Source: Nocardioides sp. (lineage in GTDB: Bacteria > Actinomycetota > Actinomycetes > Propionibacteriales > Nocardioidaceae). Taken from it: DNA of 64,000 nucleotides. This document shows positions 19,607 through 30,956 of this stretch, piece after piece. Within the stretch, counting starts at the first letter, position 1. Each line of letters begins with the position of its first letter. A program made the translations under genes and the position numbers. The DNA lies in assembly GCA_046590395.1 (NCBI GenBank), contig JBKJUE010000047.1, positions 2,899-66,898 of the forward strand, read 5' to 3'. The notes under the pieces are model-generated. The model had not been told where the DNA came from. It did not search any database and saw only the letters and a list, made by a program, of their open reading frames with translations.

Positions 19607-20429
19607 CGGTACGCACCAGGTGCACCTTGGCTCGCATCTCGACCCGCAGCTCCGGGTGGCCCGGCACGAACTCGTCGACCGCGCGGGCGCACCCGGACCA
19701 GGCGTAGTAGTCGTCGACGACGATCCGCCCTCCGGGCACCAGGCGGGGGGCCAGCCGCTCCAGGCAGGTCATCGTCGACTCGTACCAGTCGCCGTCCACG
19801 TGAGCCAGCGCGACGGGCTCGTCGCCGACCAGGGTGTCCTGGAAGAGCCCGCGGACGAGGGAGACGTGGTGGTCACGGACGGGGACGCCGTGGCGCGCGA
19901 AGGAGTCCTCGACCTCCCGCTGCAGGTCGGTGCGGTAGCCGTAGTAGGTCTCGGCCGGGGTCGAGCCCTGGGCCTCGCCCGCCTGGATGCGTTCGTAGCG
20001 CTGGTGGACGTCCTCACCATCGGCCTCGGTCGGCGGCGGGATCATCCCGAAGACGTCGTGCACGTGCAGGGCTCGCTCGGGTGCCTTGGCCAGCGCCATC
20101 GCGATCGCCGAGCCCCCGCGGGCCGTGCCGGCCTCGATCAGGACCCCCTCGCGACCGGAGGCCTCCGTCTCGAGGACGCAGGAGACGAGGGATGCGAGCT
20201 GCTCGTGCTTGAGGAACGTGAGGTGCTCGTCCTCGATCGCCCGGAGGGCGGCGGCGAGCTCCGACGGCACCGGGTGCTCCGGGAACACGTCGAGCGAGAA
20301 GGAGCGGAGGTGCGCCAGCTCGGTGCGGGCCCGCCGCAGCTGCTCGTCACGCTTGGCGAGCCGGCGCCGGGCCTTGCGGAGCCGGTCCCGGAGGTCGTCG
20401 TCGGTCGCGACGCTCTGCCCTTCACTCAT
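19599..20429 (-). CDS. TylF/MycF/NovP-family O-methyltransferase
   Basis: EAGTARGGS, DVFG, GLFQDTL, HVDGDWYES and DDY..W.GC..AVDEF; N-terminal coiled coil. Confidence 0.85.
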   Translation of the reverse strand: MSEGQSVATDDDLRDRLRKARRRLAKRDEQLRRARTELAHLRSFSLDVFPEHPVPSELAAALRAIEDEHLTFLKHEQLASLVSCVLETEASGREGVLIEAGTARGGSAIAMALAKAPERALHVHDVFGMIPPPTEADGEDVHQRYERIQAGEAQGSTPAETYYGYRTDLQREVEDSFARHGVPVRDHHVSLVRGLFQDTLVGDEPVALAHVDGDWYESTMTCLERLAPRLVPGGRIVVDDYYAWSGCARAVDEFVPGHPELRVEMRAKVHLVRTDG

Positions 20430-20497
20430 GCCCTGAACGTACCTGCCCGCTCGCACCGGAGTGTCGAGCGGGCAGGGTGGTGGAACGGCAAGGCGTC

Positions 20498-21076
20498 TCA
20501 GGCGTGGCGACGGACCGGCTCGGCGTGCCAGGCGGTGATCTCGGCGCGGACGATGTCGATCTCCTGCTCCAGCTCGGCGACCCGGACGATCGCCTCGGCG
20601 GCACGCTCCTCGGCGTCCTCGAGGCGCACGGTCAGCGCACGGCCGTCCTGCTCGGCGACCTCGGCCCGACGGGCCTCGGCGTTGAGCTTGCGGGTGGCGT
20701 CGGCCGCCCGCTTCTGGGCGGAGGTCAGCGCGACCTCCAGCTCGGAGAGGGCGTTCTCCTGGTGGTCCATGCGGGCCTGCATGGCCGCGGTGAACTCGGC
20801 GTGCTCCGCGGTGCGGGCGACGGTCAGGTCGCGGTAGGCCTGGGCCTGCGCGGCCCGGTCGCGACCGGCGTCGCGCCGGGTCTGGAGGAGTTCGGAGTGG
20901 GTGATGCGGGTGGCGGAGGCGCCGAGCACCACCCCGAGGACGGCAGCGACCGTGACCAGGAGCCACGAGCCACTGAGGACGGCACCGAGCACTGCGAGGG
21001 CCGCGAAGACGATCAAGCCGGCAGCGACGGTGAGCCTGGTGCTCCGCTGGCGACGACGAGCCTGGGGGGAAGACAT
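20498..21076 (-). CDS. Hypothetical membrane protein with coiled coil
   Basis: Two N-terminal hydrophobic segments followed by an Ala/Glu-rich heptad region. Confidence 0.7.
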   Translation of the reverse strand: MSSPQARRRQRSTRLTVAAGLIVFAALAVLGAVLSGSWLLVTVAAVLGVVLGASATRITHSELLQTRRDAGRDRAAQAQAYRDLTVARTAEHAEFTAAMQARMDHQENALSELEVALTSAQKRAADATRKLNAEARRAEVAEQDGRALTVRLEDAEERAAEAIVRVAELEQEIDIVRAEITAWHAEPVRRHA

Positions 21077-21085
21077 GAAGTCAGG

Positions 21086-21574
21086 TTAGGGCTCGGGGTC
21101 CTCGGATCGGACGCGACACGCGCGCTCGAGGAGCAGCGCCGTGATGGTCATCGCCACACCGCCGAGGGCGCCGACGACCGAGCGCCACACCCGCTGGGTG
21201 GCCAGGTCGGTGTCCACCCCCAGCCACGAGAGTGCGTAGCCGGCGTACCCACCGGCAACCAGGGCCCCGACCAGCGCACAGGCACGGGCCAGCACGAGGC
21301 GGTTGACCGCGCGGTGGGGCTCGAGGTACTCCCGGCGGACGTGCAGGGCGCGCCAGGTGATCCAGGCGGTCGCGCCCAGGATGGCGGCCACGAAGAGCAG
21401 GGCCAGCGGCTGGAGCCAGCTGACGATGGGGGCCGTTCCCTGGGCGCGCTCGGCCACCGGCCGCAGCAGCCAGCCCCCCACGAGACCGACGGCAGTCCAG
21501 GCCGTGATGGCTCCGGGCGACGTCGGCCGCAGCGTCCCGTCCGCCGGTTCCCCGTCGGACGGGTCCTGGGTCAC
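21086..21574 (-). CDS. DUF3180 family membrane protein
   Basis: Typical position downstream of folK; LLERACR C-terminal motif; GTGA overlap with folK. Confidence 0.75.
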   Translation of the reverse strand: MTQDPSDGEPADGTLRPTSPGAITAWTAVGLVGGWLLRPVAERAQGTAPIVSWLQPLALLFVAAILGATAWITWRALHVRREYLEPHRAVNRLVLARACALVGALVAGGYAGYALSWLGVDTDLATQRVWRSVVGALGGVAMTITALLLERACRVRSEDPEP

Positions 21575-22140
21575 TGGAGCTCGAGCGTCAGGTCTTCCCG
21601 ACGCGTCATGCCGGACTGGTCTGTCTTCTCCAGGAGCTCGGCCACCGGGCCGGCGTCGGGAAGGACGGCGTCGGGCTCGACGTCGTGCCACGGCTTGAGG
21701 ACGAACGCCCGCTCACCGGCGCGCGGGTGCGGCAACTGCAGCGACTCCTCGTCGCTCCGGCGGTCGCCGACGACGATCAGGTCGACGTCGAGCGTGCGCG
21801 GCGCGTTGCGGACGTCGCTGCGCATCCGGTCGAAGGCGTCCTCGATCGCGAGGCAGCGGTCCATGAGGCGGCCCGCGGCCAGCGTGGTGTCGAGCAGGAT
21901 GACGGCGTTGAGGAAGTTCTTGGCGCCCTCAGGGCAGTCCACGGGCTCGGTCTCGTAGACCGGCGACACGGACGTGACCCACACGTCGGGGGTGTCCGCG
22001 ATGGCGTCCACGGCACCCTGGAGGGCGGTCATCCGGTCGCCGAGGTTGGACCCCAGGGCGAGGACCACGCGGCGGATGGGGCGCATCTCACCGGTCAGTG
22101 TGTCCGCGTCGATGATGTGCGGGTTGGGGGTCTCAGTCAC
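21571..22140 (-). CDS. folK: 2-amino-4-hydroxy-6-hydroxymethyldihydropteridine diphosphokinase
   Basis: LALGSNLGDR, SPVYETEP, FLNAV, PRTLDVDL, LPHPR..ERAFVL. Confidence 0.95.
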   Translation of the reverse strand: MTETPNPHIIDADTLTGEMRPIRRVVLALGSNLGDRMTALQGAVDAIADTPDVWVTSVSPVYETEPVDCPEGAKNFLNAVILLDTTLAAGRLMDRCLAIEDAFDRMRSDVRNAPRTLDVDLIVVGDRRSDEESLQLPHPRAGERAFVLKPWHDVEPDAVLPDAGPVAELLEKTDQSGMTRREDLTLELQ

Positions 22141-22508
22141 GGTCGGCCCTCGCGTTTCCGGGTGATCGTCAGGGCGACGTCGGCAAACGTCGCCTCAATA
22201 GGCGCATCCGGCTTGTGCACCGTCACGCTGGCCCATTCAACACGGTCGTCGGACAAACAGACACCCGCGATCCGCTGGGCCAGAGTCTCGATCAGGTCGA
22301 CCGGATCTGTCTCCACGGCGGCTTGCACCGAAGCCACGAGACTCCCGTAGTCCACCGTGTCGCGCAAGTCGTCCGATCCGGCCGCAGGCGTGGTGTCGAT
22401 CCCCAGCGTGAGGTCGATCACGAAGGTCTGGCCCTCGCGACGCTCGAACTCGAAGACCCCGTGGTGGCCGAAGCACGCGATCCCCCGGACGGTCAGCTCG
22501 TCGGTCAT
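22137..22508 (-). CDS. folB: Dihydroneopterin aldolase
   Basis: GHHGVFEFERREGQ, DDLRDTVDY, LIETLA, VHKPDAP. Confidence 0.95.
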   Translation of the reverse strand: MTDELTVRGIACFGHHGVFEFERREGQTFVIDLTLGIDTTPAAGSDDLRDTVDYGSLVASVQAAVETDPVDLIETLAQRIAGVCLSDDRVEWASVTVHKPDAPIEATFADVALTITRKREGRP

Positions 22509-23344
22509 TCCACCCCTCCCATCTCGGCGACGACGCGGAGCGCGTCGCGGTGTGCGCGTACGTCGTGGATCCGCAGCCCCCACACCCCGCGGCCGGCCAG
22601 CAGCACGGTCAGGGCGACCCCGGCCTGCTCGCGGCCGTCGACGGGGCGGCCGGCTCCGTCCGGGTCGGTGAGCAGCGAACCGAGGAACGCCTTCCGGCTG
22701 GCGCCGACCAGGACCGGGTGGCCAAGCGACAGGATCTGGTCGAGGTCGCGCAGGAGGTCCCAGTTGTGCGCGGCCTCCTTCGCGAAGCCCAGGCCGGGAT
22801 CGAGCACGATCCGGTCCGGGTCGATGCCCGCCTCGAGGATGGCGTCGACCCGCTGACCGAGCTCCGCGCGAACCGCCGCGACCACGCCGCCCGGTCCGTC
22901 GTACACGGCATGGTCCTGCATCCGCTCGCTGTGCGCCCGCCAGTGCATCGCGACGTACGTCGCCCCTGCGTCCGCGACGACGCCCAGGATCCTGGGGTCG
23001 GCCAGCCCGCCGGAGACGTCGTTGACGATGGTGGCGCCGGCCGCGATCGCGGCGCGGGCGACCTCGGAGCGCATCGTGTCGACCGACACCACCGCTCCAC
23101 GGGCCGCGAGGGCCGCGATGACCGGCACGACCCGGCAGAGCTCCTCCTCGACCAGGGGCCGGGTGGCGCCCGGCCGGGTGGACTCACCGCCGATGTCGAG
23201 GATGTCGGCGCCGTCCGCGAGGAGCTGGCGCCCGTGCGCGATCGCGCTCTCGGCGTCGGCCCAGCGGCCACCGTCCGAGAAGGAGTCGGGGGTGACGTTG
23301 ACGACCCCCATCAGCAGGGGCTGGCCGGTCGGCTGGGAGGTCAT
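22505..23344 (-). CDS. folP: Dihydropteroate synthase
   Basis: [43 protein letters not shown]. Confidence 0.97.
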   Translation of the reverse strand: MTSQPTGQPLLMGVVNVTPDSFSDGGRWADAESAIAHGRQLLADGADILDIGGESTRPGATRPLVEEELCRVVPVIAALAARGAVVSVDTMRSEVARAAIAAGATIVNDVSGGLADPRILGVVADAGATYVAMHWRAHSERMQDHAVYDGPGGVVAAVRAELGQRVDAILEAGIDPDRIVLDPGLGFAKEAAHNWDLLRDLDQILSLGHPVLVGASRKAFLGSLLTDPDGAGRPVDGREQAGVALTVLLAGRGVWGLRIHDVRAHRDALRVVAEMGGVE

Positions 23345-23946
23345 CGCCGGCGGTTGATCAGGGCCATCGCCTCCGAGCGGGTGGCGGCGTTGTGCATGCT
23401 GCCGCGGACCGCGGAGGTGATCGTCCGGGCGCCGGCCTTGCGGACGCCGCGCATGGTCATGCAGAGGTGCTCGGCCTCGATCACGACGATGACGCCGCGG
23501 GCCTCGAGGATCTCCATGAGGGCGTCGGCGACCTGGGTGGTGAGGCGTTCCTGGACCTGGGGACGCTTGGCGTAGACGTCGACGAGGCGGGCCAGCTTGG
23601 ACAGGCCCGTGATCTTGCCGGACTCGGCCGGGATGTAGCCGACGTGGGCGACCCCGGTGAACGGCACCAGGTGGTGCTCACACATCGACCACAGCTCGAT
23701 GTCGCTGACCAGCACCATCTCGTCGTGCCCGATGTCGAAGGTCGTGGTGAGGACGTCGGTCGGCACCATCCGCAGCCCGGACGTCAGCTCGGCGTAGGCA
23801 CGGGCCACTCGATGAGGGGTGTCCTTGAGGCCCTCGCGCTCGGGGTCCTCGCCGATCGCGATCAGCAGCTCGCGCACGGCGGCGGCGGCGCGGTCGTGGT
23901 CGAAGTCCGGCACGTCACCGACCGTCATGCTGATCGGGTCGGTCAT
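23341..23946 (-). CDS. folE: GTP cyclohydrolase I
   Basis: [34 protein letters not shown]. Confidence 0.97.
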   Translation of the reverse strand: MTDPISMTVGDVPDFDHDRAAAAVRELLIAIGEDPEREGLKDTPHRVARAYAELTSGLRMVPTDVLTTTFDIGHDEMVLVSDIELWSMCEHHLVPFTGVAHVGYIPAESGKITGLSKLARLVDVYAKRPQVQERLTTQVADALMEILEARGVIVVIEAEHLCMTMRGVRKAGARTITSAVRGSMHNAATRSEAMALINRRR

Positions 23947-26003
23947 TGCTGCGCGGGAGGCGTGGTCGACCGGCCCCCGAGGCCCGGGTCGCCGTGGACG
24001 TCGCCACCGGAGCCGGGCGGGGTGATCACGACGCCGCCCTCGCTCTCGGCGGGGGCGGCCACGCCGTTGGCCTGCACGCGGTCCCGGATCTCCTGGGGGA
24101 TCTCGATCGGCGGGATGTCCGAGGGGTTGCGCTCGGGCGAGCCGGTCCACGCGGGACGGGCGGAGCGCAGGCGGAGCGGCTCGAAGACCTCCGCGACCTC
24201 GGCCTTGTCGAGGGTCTCCCGGTCGAGGAGGGCCAGGACGAGCGCGTCGAGGACGTCGCGGTTCTCCTCGAGGATGTCGAAGGCCTCCTGGTGGGCGGTC
24301 GCCAGCAGCTTCTTGGTCTCGTCGTCGATGATCGCGGCGACGTCCTCGGAGTAGTTGCGCTGGTGGCCCATGTCGCGGCCTAGGAACGGCTCACCCTGGG
24401 TCTCGCCGAGCTTGATCGCGCCGAGCTTCTCGGTCATGCCGTACTGGGTGACCATGGCCCGGGCCAGGCTGGTGGCCTTCTCGATGTCGTTGCCGGCACC
24501 GGTGGTGGGGTCGTGGAAGACCATCTCCTCCGCGGCCCGGCCACCGAGCATGTAGGCGAGCTTGTCGAGCATCTCGGAGCGGGTCTGGGAGTACTTGTCC
24601 TCGTCGGGGAGGACCATCGTGTAGCCGAGGGCACGGCCGCGCGGCAGGATCGTGATCTTGTGCACCGGGTCGGTGCCGGGCAGCGCCGCGGCGACGAGGG
24701 CGTGGCCGCCCTCGTGGTAGGCGGTGATGAGCTTCTCCTTCTCGCTCATCAGGCGCGAGCTGCGCTGCGGGCCGGCGATCACGCGGTCGATGGCCTCGTC
24801 GAGGCTGTAGTTGCTGATCTTCTTCTGGTTGTTGCGGGCGGTCAGCAGCGCCGCCTCGTTGAGGACGTTGGCCAGGTCGGCGCCGGTGAAGCCGGGGGTA
24901 CGACGGGCGTAGGAGAGCAGGTCGATGTCGTCGGCCATCGGCTTGCCGCGCGAGTGGACCTGGAGGATCTTGTGGCGGCCTTCGAGGTCGGGGGCGTCGA
25001 CGCCGATCTGGCGGTCGAACCGCCCGGGACGCAGGAGCGCCGGGTCGAGGACGTCGGGCCGGTTGGTGGCGGCGATCAGGATGACGCCACCTCGGACGTC
25101 GAAGCCGTCCATCTCGACGAGGAGCTGGTTGAGGGTCTGCTCGCGCTCGTCGTGACCGCCGCCCATGCCGGCGCCGCGGTGCCGGCCGACGGCGTCGATC
25201 TCGTCGATGAAGACGATGGCGGGGGCGTTCTCCTTGGCCTGCTCGAACAGGTCACGCACCCGGGAGGCACCGACACCGACGAACATCTCGACGAAGTCGG
25301 AGCCGGAGATGGAGTAGAACGGCACGCCGGCCTCGCCGGCGACGGCCCGGGCCAGCAGGGTCTTGCCGGTGCCGGGAGGTCCGTACAGCAGGACGCCTTT
25401 GGGGATCTTGGCGCCGACGGCCTGGAACTTCGCGGGCTCCTGGAGGAACTCCTTGATCTCGCCGAGCTCCTCGATGGCCTCGTTGCAGCCGGCCACGTCG
25501 GAGAAGGTCGACTTGGGCATGTCCTTGGAGATCAGCTTGGCCTTGGACTTGCCGAACTGCATGACGCCGCGGCCACCGCCGCCCTGCACGTTGTTCATCA
25601 GCCACAGGAACACCAGGATGATCAGCACGAACGGCAGCACCGTCGCGAGGATGGACCCGAGCACGCTCGGCTTGGGGACCTCGGTGGTGTACTCCTCGAT
25701 CTCGCCCGCCGCCTGCTGCTTGGCGACCGCGACCTCGATCTCGTCCTGGGTGTCAGTCAGCCAGTAGGTCATCACGTCGAGCCCGCCGTCACGCTCGACG
25801 TCGTCGTCGAGCGTGGCCTGGATCTGCTGGTCACCGTCGATGAACGTGATCTTCGAGACCTCACCACTGGCGATGTACTCGTTCATCTCGGAGGTCGTGA
25901 TCTCGTCGTACTCCCCGCTGGACGCGAAGTACTGGAGGGCGAGGAGCACACCGACGACGGCGAGCAGGCTCCACAGCCAGGGACCCTTGAATATGCGCTT
26001 CAC
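23943..26003 (-). CDS. ftsH: ATP-dependent zinc metalloprotease FtsH
   Basis: Two TM segments, [21 protein letters not shown] and HEGGH. Confidence 0.98.
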   Translation of the reverse strand: MKRIFKGPWLWSLLAVVGVLLALQYFASSGEYDEITTSEMNEYIASGEVSKITFIDGDQQIQATLDDDVERDGGLDVMTYWLTDTQDEIEVAVAKQQAAGEIEEYTTEVPKPSVLGSILATVLPFVLIILVFLWLMNNVQGGGGRGVMQFGKSKAKLISKDMPKSTFSDVAGCNEAIEELGEIKEFLQEPAKFQAVGAKIPKGVLLYGPPGTGKTLLARAVAGEAGVPFYSISGSDFVEMFVGVGASRVRDLFEQAKENAPAIVFIDEIDAVGRHRGAGMGGGHDEREQTLNQLLVEMDGFDVRGGVILIAATNRPDVLDPALLRPGRFDRQIGVDAPDLEGRHKILQVHSRGKPMADDIDLLSYARRTPGFTGADLANVLNEAALLTARNNQKKISNYSLDEAIDRVIAGPQRSSRLMSEKEKLITAYHEGGHALVAAALPGTDPVHKITILPRGRALGYTMVLPDEDKYSQTRSEMLDKLAYMLGGRAAEEMVFHDPTTGAGNDIEKATSLARAMVTQYGMTEKLGAIKLGETQGEPFLGRDMGHQRNYSEDVAAIIDDETKKLLATAHQEAFDILEENRDVLDALVLALLDRETLDKAEVAEVFEPLRLRSARPAWTGSPERNPSDIPPIEIPQEIRDRVQANGVAAPAESEGGVVITPPGSGGDVHGDPGLGGRSTTPPAQQ

Positions 26004-26095
26004 AGGCTTCTTTCACGACTCACGACGACTGAACCAACGACGGTACATGCCGTCGGCAATGCCGATTCTCTCAGGAAGCCCGCGGGAGCGGCAGG

Positions 26096-26647
26096 TCAGG
26101 AGTACACGTGGGGCGCCAGTGTGCCGATGTCGCGCAGGTTGCGGTAGCGCTCTCGGTAGTCGAGGCCGTAGCCGACGACGAACTCGTTGGGGATGTCCCA
26201 GCCGACGTACTTGACGTCGACGGGCATCTGCAGCGCCTCGGGCTTGCGGAGGAGGGTGCAGATCTCGACGCTGGCCGGCTCCCGGGACCCCAGGTTGGAG
26301 GTCAGCCAGGACAGCGTCAGCCCGGTGTCGATGATCTCGTCGACGATGATCACGTGCCGGCCGCTGATGTCGGTGTCGAGGTCCTTGAGGATCCGGACCA
26401 CGCCGCTGGACTTGGTGCCGGACCCGTAGGACGAGACCGCCATCCAGTCCATCTCGAGGTGCCTGCTGAAGCTGCGGGCCAGGTCGGCCATGACCATGAC
26501 GGCACCGCGGAGGATCCCGACGATCAGCAGGTCCTTGCCGTCGTAGTCGGTCTCGATCTCACGCGCGAGCTCGCCGAGCCGCGCCTGGATCTGCTCCTCG
26601 GTGAAGAGGACGTTGAGCAGGTCGTTCTCGAGGTGGGCGGCATCCAT
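26096..26647 (-). CDS. hpt: Hypoxanthine phosphoribosyltransferase
   Basis: SSYGSGTKSSG, IVDEIIDTGLTL, FVVGYGLDY. Confidence 0.97.
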   Translation of the reverse strand: MDAAHLENDLLNVLFTEEQIQARLGELAREIETDYDGKDLLIVGILRGAVMVMADLARSFSRHLEMDWMAVSSYGSGTKSSGVVRILKDLDTDISGRHVIIVDEIIDTGLTLSWLTSNLGSREPASVEICTLLRKPEALQMPVDVKYVGWDIPNEFVVGYGLDYRERYRNLRDIGTLAPHVYS

Positions 26648-26672
26648 GGCGGGCAGCCTAGACCCGGGCCGG

Positions 26673-27401
26673 TCAGCCGACGAAAGCCAGGGCGTTCGGG
26701 ACCTGGCGGCTCCTCTTGGCCGCCTTGACCACGAGGGTCAGCCTGTCCGACGTCGAGCCCTTGAGGAACTTCGACCCGTCGTACGAGACCTTGAGGTCGT
26801 GGCTGCCCTTGTCGAGCTTCTTCAGGGTGAGCGTGAGCTCACCCTTGTCCTGGGCCTTCAGCTCGCCGGAGCCGACGACCTTCTTGCCCGACGTGACCTC
26901 GACGTCGCCCGTGGGCTTCTCCCCGGCGGGCGTGACGGTGACCTTGACCTTGCCCTTGCTGCCGACCGTGACCGAGCTGTCGACGAGCTTGCCGGACGTC
27001 TTGGTCTCCACCAGCTTCTTGGTCAGGGTGACCGCGCCGAGGCTGGCCCGGGGGCTCTTCCGGTTCACCGTGACGCCGGAGATGGTCTCGCTGACGTAGC
27101 CGTTCTTGGAGAGCATGACGGTGTAGGTGCCCCTGGCGCCGACGTGGAGGGCGAAGTAGCCGCGCTGCGGGTCGCCGTCCGCGTCGGTGTTCTCGTAGCT
27201 GAGGTCGCTGGCCGCGGCCACGCCGTCCTCTTTCACCGCGACGACGGAGACGTCGAGCACGGCGCGGCCGCCCTGGTCGACGACGACACCCTGGATCAGC
27301 TTCTCCGGTGCCGCCGAGGCGGACGTGGTGACCAGACCGGCACCGACGAGACCGAGGGTGAGCGCAACCAGCAGACCCGTGACCGGACGAGAGCGAGACA
27401 T
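26673..27401 (-). CDS. Secreted beta-rich protein (carboxypeptidase-regulatory-like + Ig-like domains)
   Basis: Signal peptide ending ASA; GTYTV, PTGDVEV and LKVSYDGS patterns typical of Ig-like folds; Lys-rich. Confidence 0.65.
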   Translation of the reverse strand: MSRSRPVTGLLVALTLGLVGAGLVTTSASAAPEKLIQGVVVDQGGRAVLDVSVVAVKEDGVAAASDLSYENTDADGDPQRGYFALHVGARGTYTVMLSKNGYVSETISGVTVNRKSPRASLGAVTLTKKLVETKTSGKLVDSSVTVGSKGKVKVTVTPAGEKPTGDVEVTSGKKVVGSGELKAQDKGELTLTLKKLDKGSHDLKVSYDGSKFLKGSTSDRLTLVVKAAKRSRQVPNALAFVG

Positions 27402-27494
27402 GAGAGCTCCTGGGACAGCGGCAGCGCCGCGCGTGAGGTTGAGTAACCGATGATCCGGGTCGCCCGAATTCCGCGCAGGATTTCTGGAAACTTC

Positions 27495-28463
27495 TTACTT
27501 TGCGGACGCGAACCCGAGGTACCCGTCGCGGCGCAGGAACCGCAGGTGCCCGGGGAGGTCGACCCACTGCTGGCCGTGCCAGTCGGTGATCAGGGCGTCC
27601 ATGGCGACGACGTGCTCATGGAAGAGCTCCGAGGCCGGCGAGCCGGCCGCGAGGGCGGCGAGCCGCAGGACCCGGCGCCGGATCGGGAGCGGGTGGTCGG
27701 CCAGCGCGGCCACGAGGAGCTGGTCGCCGAGGCCGGCGAGCACGCCCTCGGCCGTGTCGTCCAGCAGCTCCATGTCGGCCCGGACCTGGTCGGCGGTCCG
27801 CGCCAGGGCCTCGGCGACGCCCGGCCCGAGCTCGGTCTCGAGCACCGGCAGCACCCGCGACCTGACCCGGGAGCGGGCGAAGGACGGGTCCACGTTGTGC
27901 GGGTCGTCCCAGAACTCGATGCCCTCCACCTGGCAGGCGGTGACGGTGTCGGCGCGACCGACGTCGAGCAGGGGGCGGCGGTAGTGGTCGAAGGTGCGCC
28001 GCATGCCGGCCAGGGACCGTCCGCCGGAGCCGCGGGCCAGACCGAGCAGGACCGTCTCGGCCTGGTCGTCGCGGGTGTGCCCGAGCAGCACGGCCGCGGC
28101 CTCGAAGCGTTCCGCCATCTCGCCGAGGACGGCGTACCTGGCCTGTCGCGCGGCGGCCTCGGGGCCAAGCCCGCCACCCTCGACGGTGACCCGGGCACCG
28201 ACGGTCTCGGCCGCGCCCAGCACCGCCATCTGCGCGACGACCCGGCCGGCGTGGGCTGCCGACTGCTCCTGAAGCCCGTGGTCGACGGTGGCCCCCACGA
28301 CGTGCCAGCCGACCTTCTCACCCTCGAAGACCGTCGCCGCCAGCAGCGCCAAGGAGTCGGCGCCACCGGAGCACGCGACGATCACGGTCACGCCGGGCTC
28401 GACGTCGGACATCCCCCGGCGGACAGCCAGGCGGACGGCGGCGACGGCGGGATGCAGGCCCAC
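27495..28463 (-). CDS. tilS: tRNA(Ile)-lysidine synthetase
   Basis: SGGADS PP-loop, DHGLQ, GHTRDDQAETVL, RPLL, DPHN. Confidence 0.96.
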   Translation of the reverse strand: MGLHPAVAAVRLAVRRGMSDVEPGVTVIVACSGGADSLALLAATVFEGEKVGWHVVGATVDHGLQEQSAAHAGRVVAQMAVLGAAETVGARVTVEGGGLGPEAAARQARYAVLGEMAERFEAAAVLLGHTRDDQAETVLLGLARGSGGRSLAGMRRTFDHYRRPLLDVGRADTVTACQVEGIEFWDDPHNVDPSFARSRVRSRVLPVLETELGPGVAEALARTADQVRADMELLDDTAEGVLAGLGDQLLVAALADHPLPIRRRVLRLAALAAGSPASELFHEHVVAMDALITDWHGQQWVDLPGHLRFLRRDGYLGFASAK

Positions 28464-28467
28464 GAGC

Positions 28468-29490
28468 TCAGAGGACGCGGGTGACCCAGGCTGCCGGGTC
28501 GGCGATCTCGGCCTTGCTCGGCAGGTTGTCGGGCCCTTCCCAGACGGCGTTGAACTCGGTCATGCCGACCTTGTCGACGACACCACGGACGAACTTCGCG
28601 CCGTCGCGGTACTGGGCCATCTTCGCGTCGAGGCCCAGGAGCCTCCGCAGCAGCCGGTCGAGGGTGCCGACGCCCTTGCGGCGCTGGTTGAACTTCTTCC
28701 GGATGTCCCCGACGGACGGGATGACGCCCGGCCCCACGTCGTCCATGACGACGTCGGCATGGCCCTCGAGGAGCGACATCACCCCGGTGACCCGGTCCAG
28801 GATCTCGCGCTGCTCGGGCGAACCCAGGACCTCCAGGAGGTTGCCACCGCCGCGGATCGCCTCGGAGACCCGCTTGAACCCGTCGTCGAGGAGGCGGGTC
28901 GGCTCGACGGTGGCGGCGATGGCCTGCATCTCGGAGAAGAGGTGGTCGCGCATCCAGGGGACGGCGGTGAACTGCACCCGGTGGGTCTCCTCGTGGAGGC
29001 AGACCCAGAGCCGGAAGTCGCTCGGGTCGCACTGCAGCTCGCGCTCGACGTGGACAATGTTGGGGGCGACCAGGAGCAGACGTCCACTGGGGTCGTGGAA
29101 CGGGTCGAACTGGCCGAGCACCTTGCTGGCCAGGAAGCCGAGCAGGAGACCCACCTCGGCCCCGGTGACACGGGAGCCGACGGCGAGGGACAGACCGGTC
29201 GGGGCGCCCTTCTTCTCCGACAGCTTGTCGATGATCGGGCTCAGGACGGTCGCGAACCCGTCGGCGTTGGCCTGGACCCACCCGGCCCGGTCGACCACGA
29301 GGACCGGCGCGGAGCGGTCGGCGGCGTGGAGGCCGGTGAACTCGCGGACCAGGCCGGTCGAGAGGTCGGCGTCACGACGCAGCTCCTCGACCGCTGCGTC
29401 GGCCTCGGCCCGGCTCACGGTGGGGCCGTCGCCGGCCATCCGGGAGCCCAGCGACACGGCGAGGTCCCAGTCGACCATCTGGTTGCTCAT
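28468..29490 (-). CDS. Zinc-dependent metalloprotease (DUF2342 family)
   Basis: WVCLHEETHRVQF, MSLLEGHADVVMD; syntenic between dacB and tilS. Confidence 0.85.
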   Translation of the reverse strand: MSNQMVDWDLAVSLGSRMAGDGPTVSRAEADAAVEELRRDADLSTGLVREFTGLHAADRSAPVLVVDRAGWVQANADGFATVLSPIIDKLSEKKGAPTGLSLAVGSRVTGAEVGLLLGFLASKVLGQFDPFHDPSGRLLLVAPNIVHVERELQCDPSDFRLWVCLHEETHRVQFTAVPWMRDHLFSEMQAIAATVEPTRLLDDGFKRVSEAIRGGGNLLEVLGSPEQREILDRVTGVMSLLEGHADVVMDDVGPGVIPSVGDIRKKFNQRRKGVGTLDRLLRRLLGLDAKMAQYRDGAKFVRGVVDKVGMTEFNAVWEGPDNLPSKAEIADPAAWVTRVL

Positions 29491-29519
29491 GTCAGTGACC
29501 CTACGCGGGACGGGCAACG

Positions 29520-30956
29520 TCACCGTGAGCAGCGGCAGCCGGCCAGCGCCGCCCCGAGGTCGTCCAGCGCCGCGCGGGCGTCCAGGGTGTCGAGGAGGTC
29601 GACCCGGTCGGCGAGCACGGCGAAGACCAGGTCGGAGCCACCGAGCTCGGTGCTGAACCCGGCCAGGGCGCTCACGCCGCTGAGGGTGCCGGTCTTGGCG
29701 CGGACCCGGCCGCGAGCCTGGGCGGGCCCGTCCCCGGCCCGGAACTCCAGCGACCCGGTGAACCCCGCGACGGGCAGCCCGGACAGCACTGACCGCAGAT
29801 CCGGCTGGTCGGGTGACGCGGCCAGGCGCAGGACGTCGACCAGCGTGTCCGCGGTGAGGAGGTTCTCCCGCGAGAGACCGCTGCCGTCGTACACCTCGGC
29901 GCCCTCGGTGCGGACGCCCAGGTCGGTGAGGGTGCGCAGCACGGCGGCCGTCCCGGCCTTCGACGACCCGGTCCCGGAGGTCGCGAGTCCCACGTGCCGG
30001 GCGAGCACCTCGGCGCCCTCGTTGTCGCTCACCGCGAGGACCCGTTCGACGATCTGCGAGAGCGGAGCACTGTCGACGTGTGCGAGCTCGGTGGCCCCGG
30101 GGCCGGCCCGGCGGGCGGCCGGCGGCCCGGTCACCTCGATGCCGGCCCGAGCCAGGGCGTCGGCGAACTCCTGGGCGGCGACGGCCGAGGGGTCGGCGAC
30201 GTAGCCGAAGCCGTCGGTGTCGCGGCCCTCGTCGACCCAGAGCGCCGTGATCGGCGAGACCACGCCGTCCGGCACGTAGTCGCCAGGCCACGCGGGGTTG
30301 TCCGCCGGCCCGGAGAAGAGGGAGTCGTCGTACCCGACGGTCACCCGGTTGCGGCCCTGCTCGCGCAGCGCCTTCGCGGTCGCGCCGGCCAGCGTGACGA
30401 CGTCGGCGCGGTCGGGCCAGGCGTTGCCCTTCGTGGAGCGGTCGAGGAGCGGGTCGCCACCACCGACCAGCACGACTCCACGCCCTTCGCGCACCACCGT
30501 CGTGGAGAAGACGTGGTCCGGACCGAGCACCGCCAGGGCGGCCGTCGTGGTCAGCAGCTTGGTCGTGGACGCCGGGATCGCGGTCGCCCCACCCGCCGAG
30601 ACGAAGGTGGTGCTGCCGTCGAGCGATCCGACGGTGGCCACCACGTGGGGGCCGAGGTCGGCGTCCGCCAGGAACGAGGCGACGGCTCGCTGGACCCTGG
30701 CCCGGACCACAACACCCGGGTCGTCGTCCGGCTCGGCCACCGGGTCGGGAGCACTCAGGGCAGGGAGGGTGAGGCCGTTCGGCGGCGCGACTGCCGCTGG
30801 GTCGGTGCCGGGGTCGGGCTCGCCGGTGCCGAACCACTCGGCACCGAGGTCGAACCGGTACGCCGCACCCGCCGCCAGCAGGAGCGACAGCACCAGGACG
30901 ACCGGGAACCAGCGGAGGAACCGGCCGGACCCGTGGCGTCGGTCACGTCTGCCCAC
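29520..30956 (-). CDS. dacB: D-alanyl-D-alanine carboxypeptidase/endopeptidase (PBP4, S13)
   Basis: PASTTKLLT (SxxK), [18 protein letters not shown]. Confidence 0.93.
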   Translation of the reverse strand: MGRRDRRHGSGRFLRWFPVVLVLSLLLAAGAAYRFDLGAEWFGTGEPDPGTDPAAVAPPNGLTLPALSAPDPVAEPDDDPGVVVRARVQRAVASFLADADLGPHVVATVGSLDGSTTFVSAGGATAIPASTTKLLTTTAALAVLGPDHVFSTTVVREGRGVVLVGGGDPLLDRSTKGNAWPDRADVVTLAGATAKALREQGRNRVTVGYDDSLFSGPADNPAWPGDYVPDGVVSPITALWVDEGRDTDGFGYVADPSAVAAQEFADALARAGIEVTGPPAARRAGPGATELAHVDSAPLSQIVERVLAVSDNEGAEVLARHVGLATSGTGSSKAGTAAVLRTLTDLGVRTEGAEVYDGSGLSRENLLTADTLVDVLRLAASPDQPDLRSVLSGLPVAGFTGSLEFRAGDGPAQARGRVRAKTGTLSGVSALAGFSTELGGSDLVFAVLADRVDLLDTLDARAALDDLGAALAGCRCSR

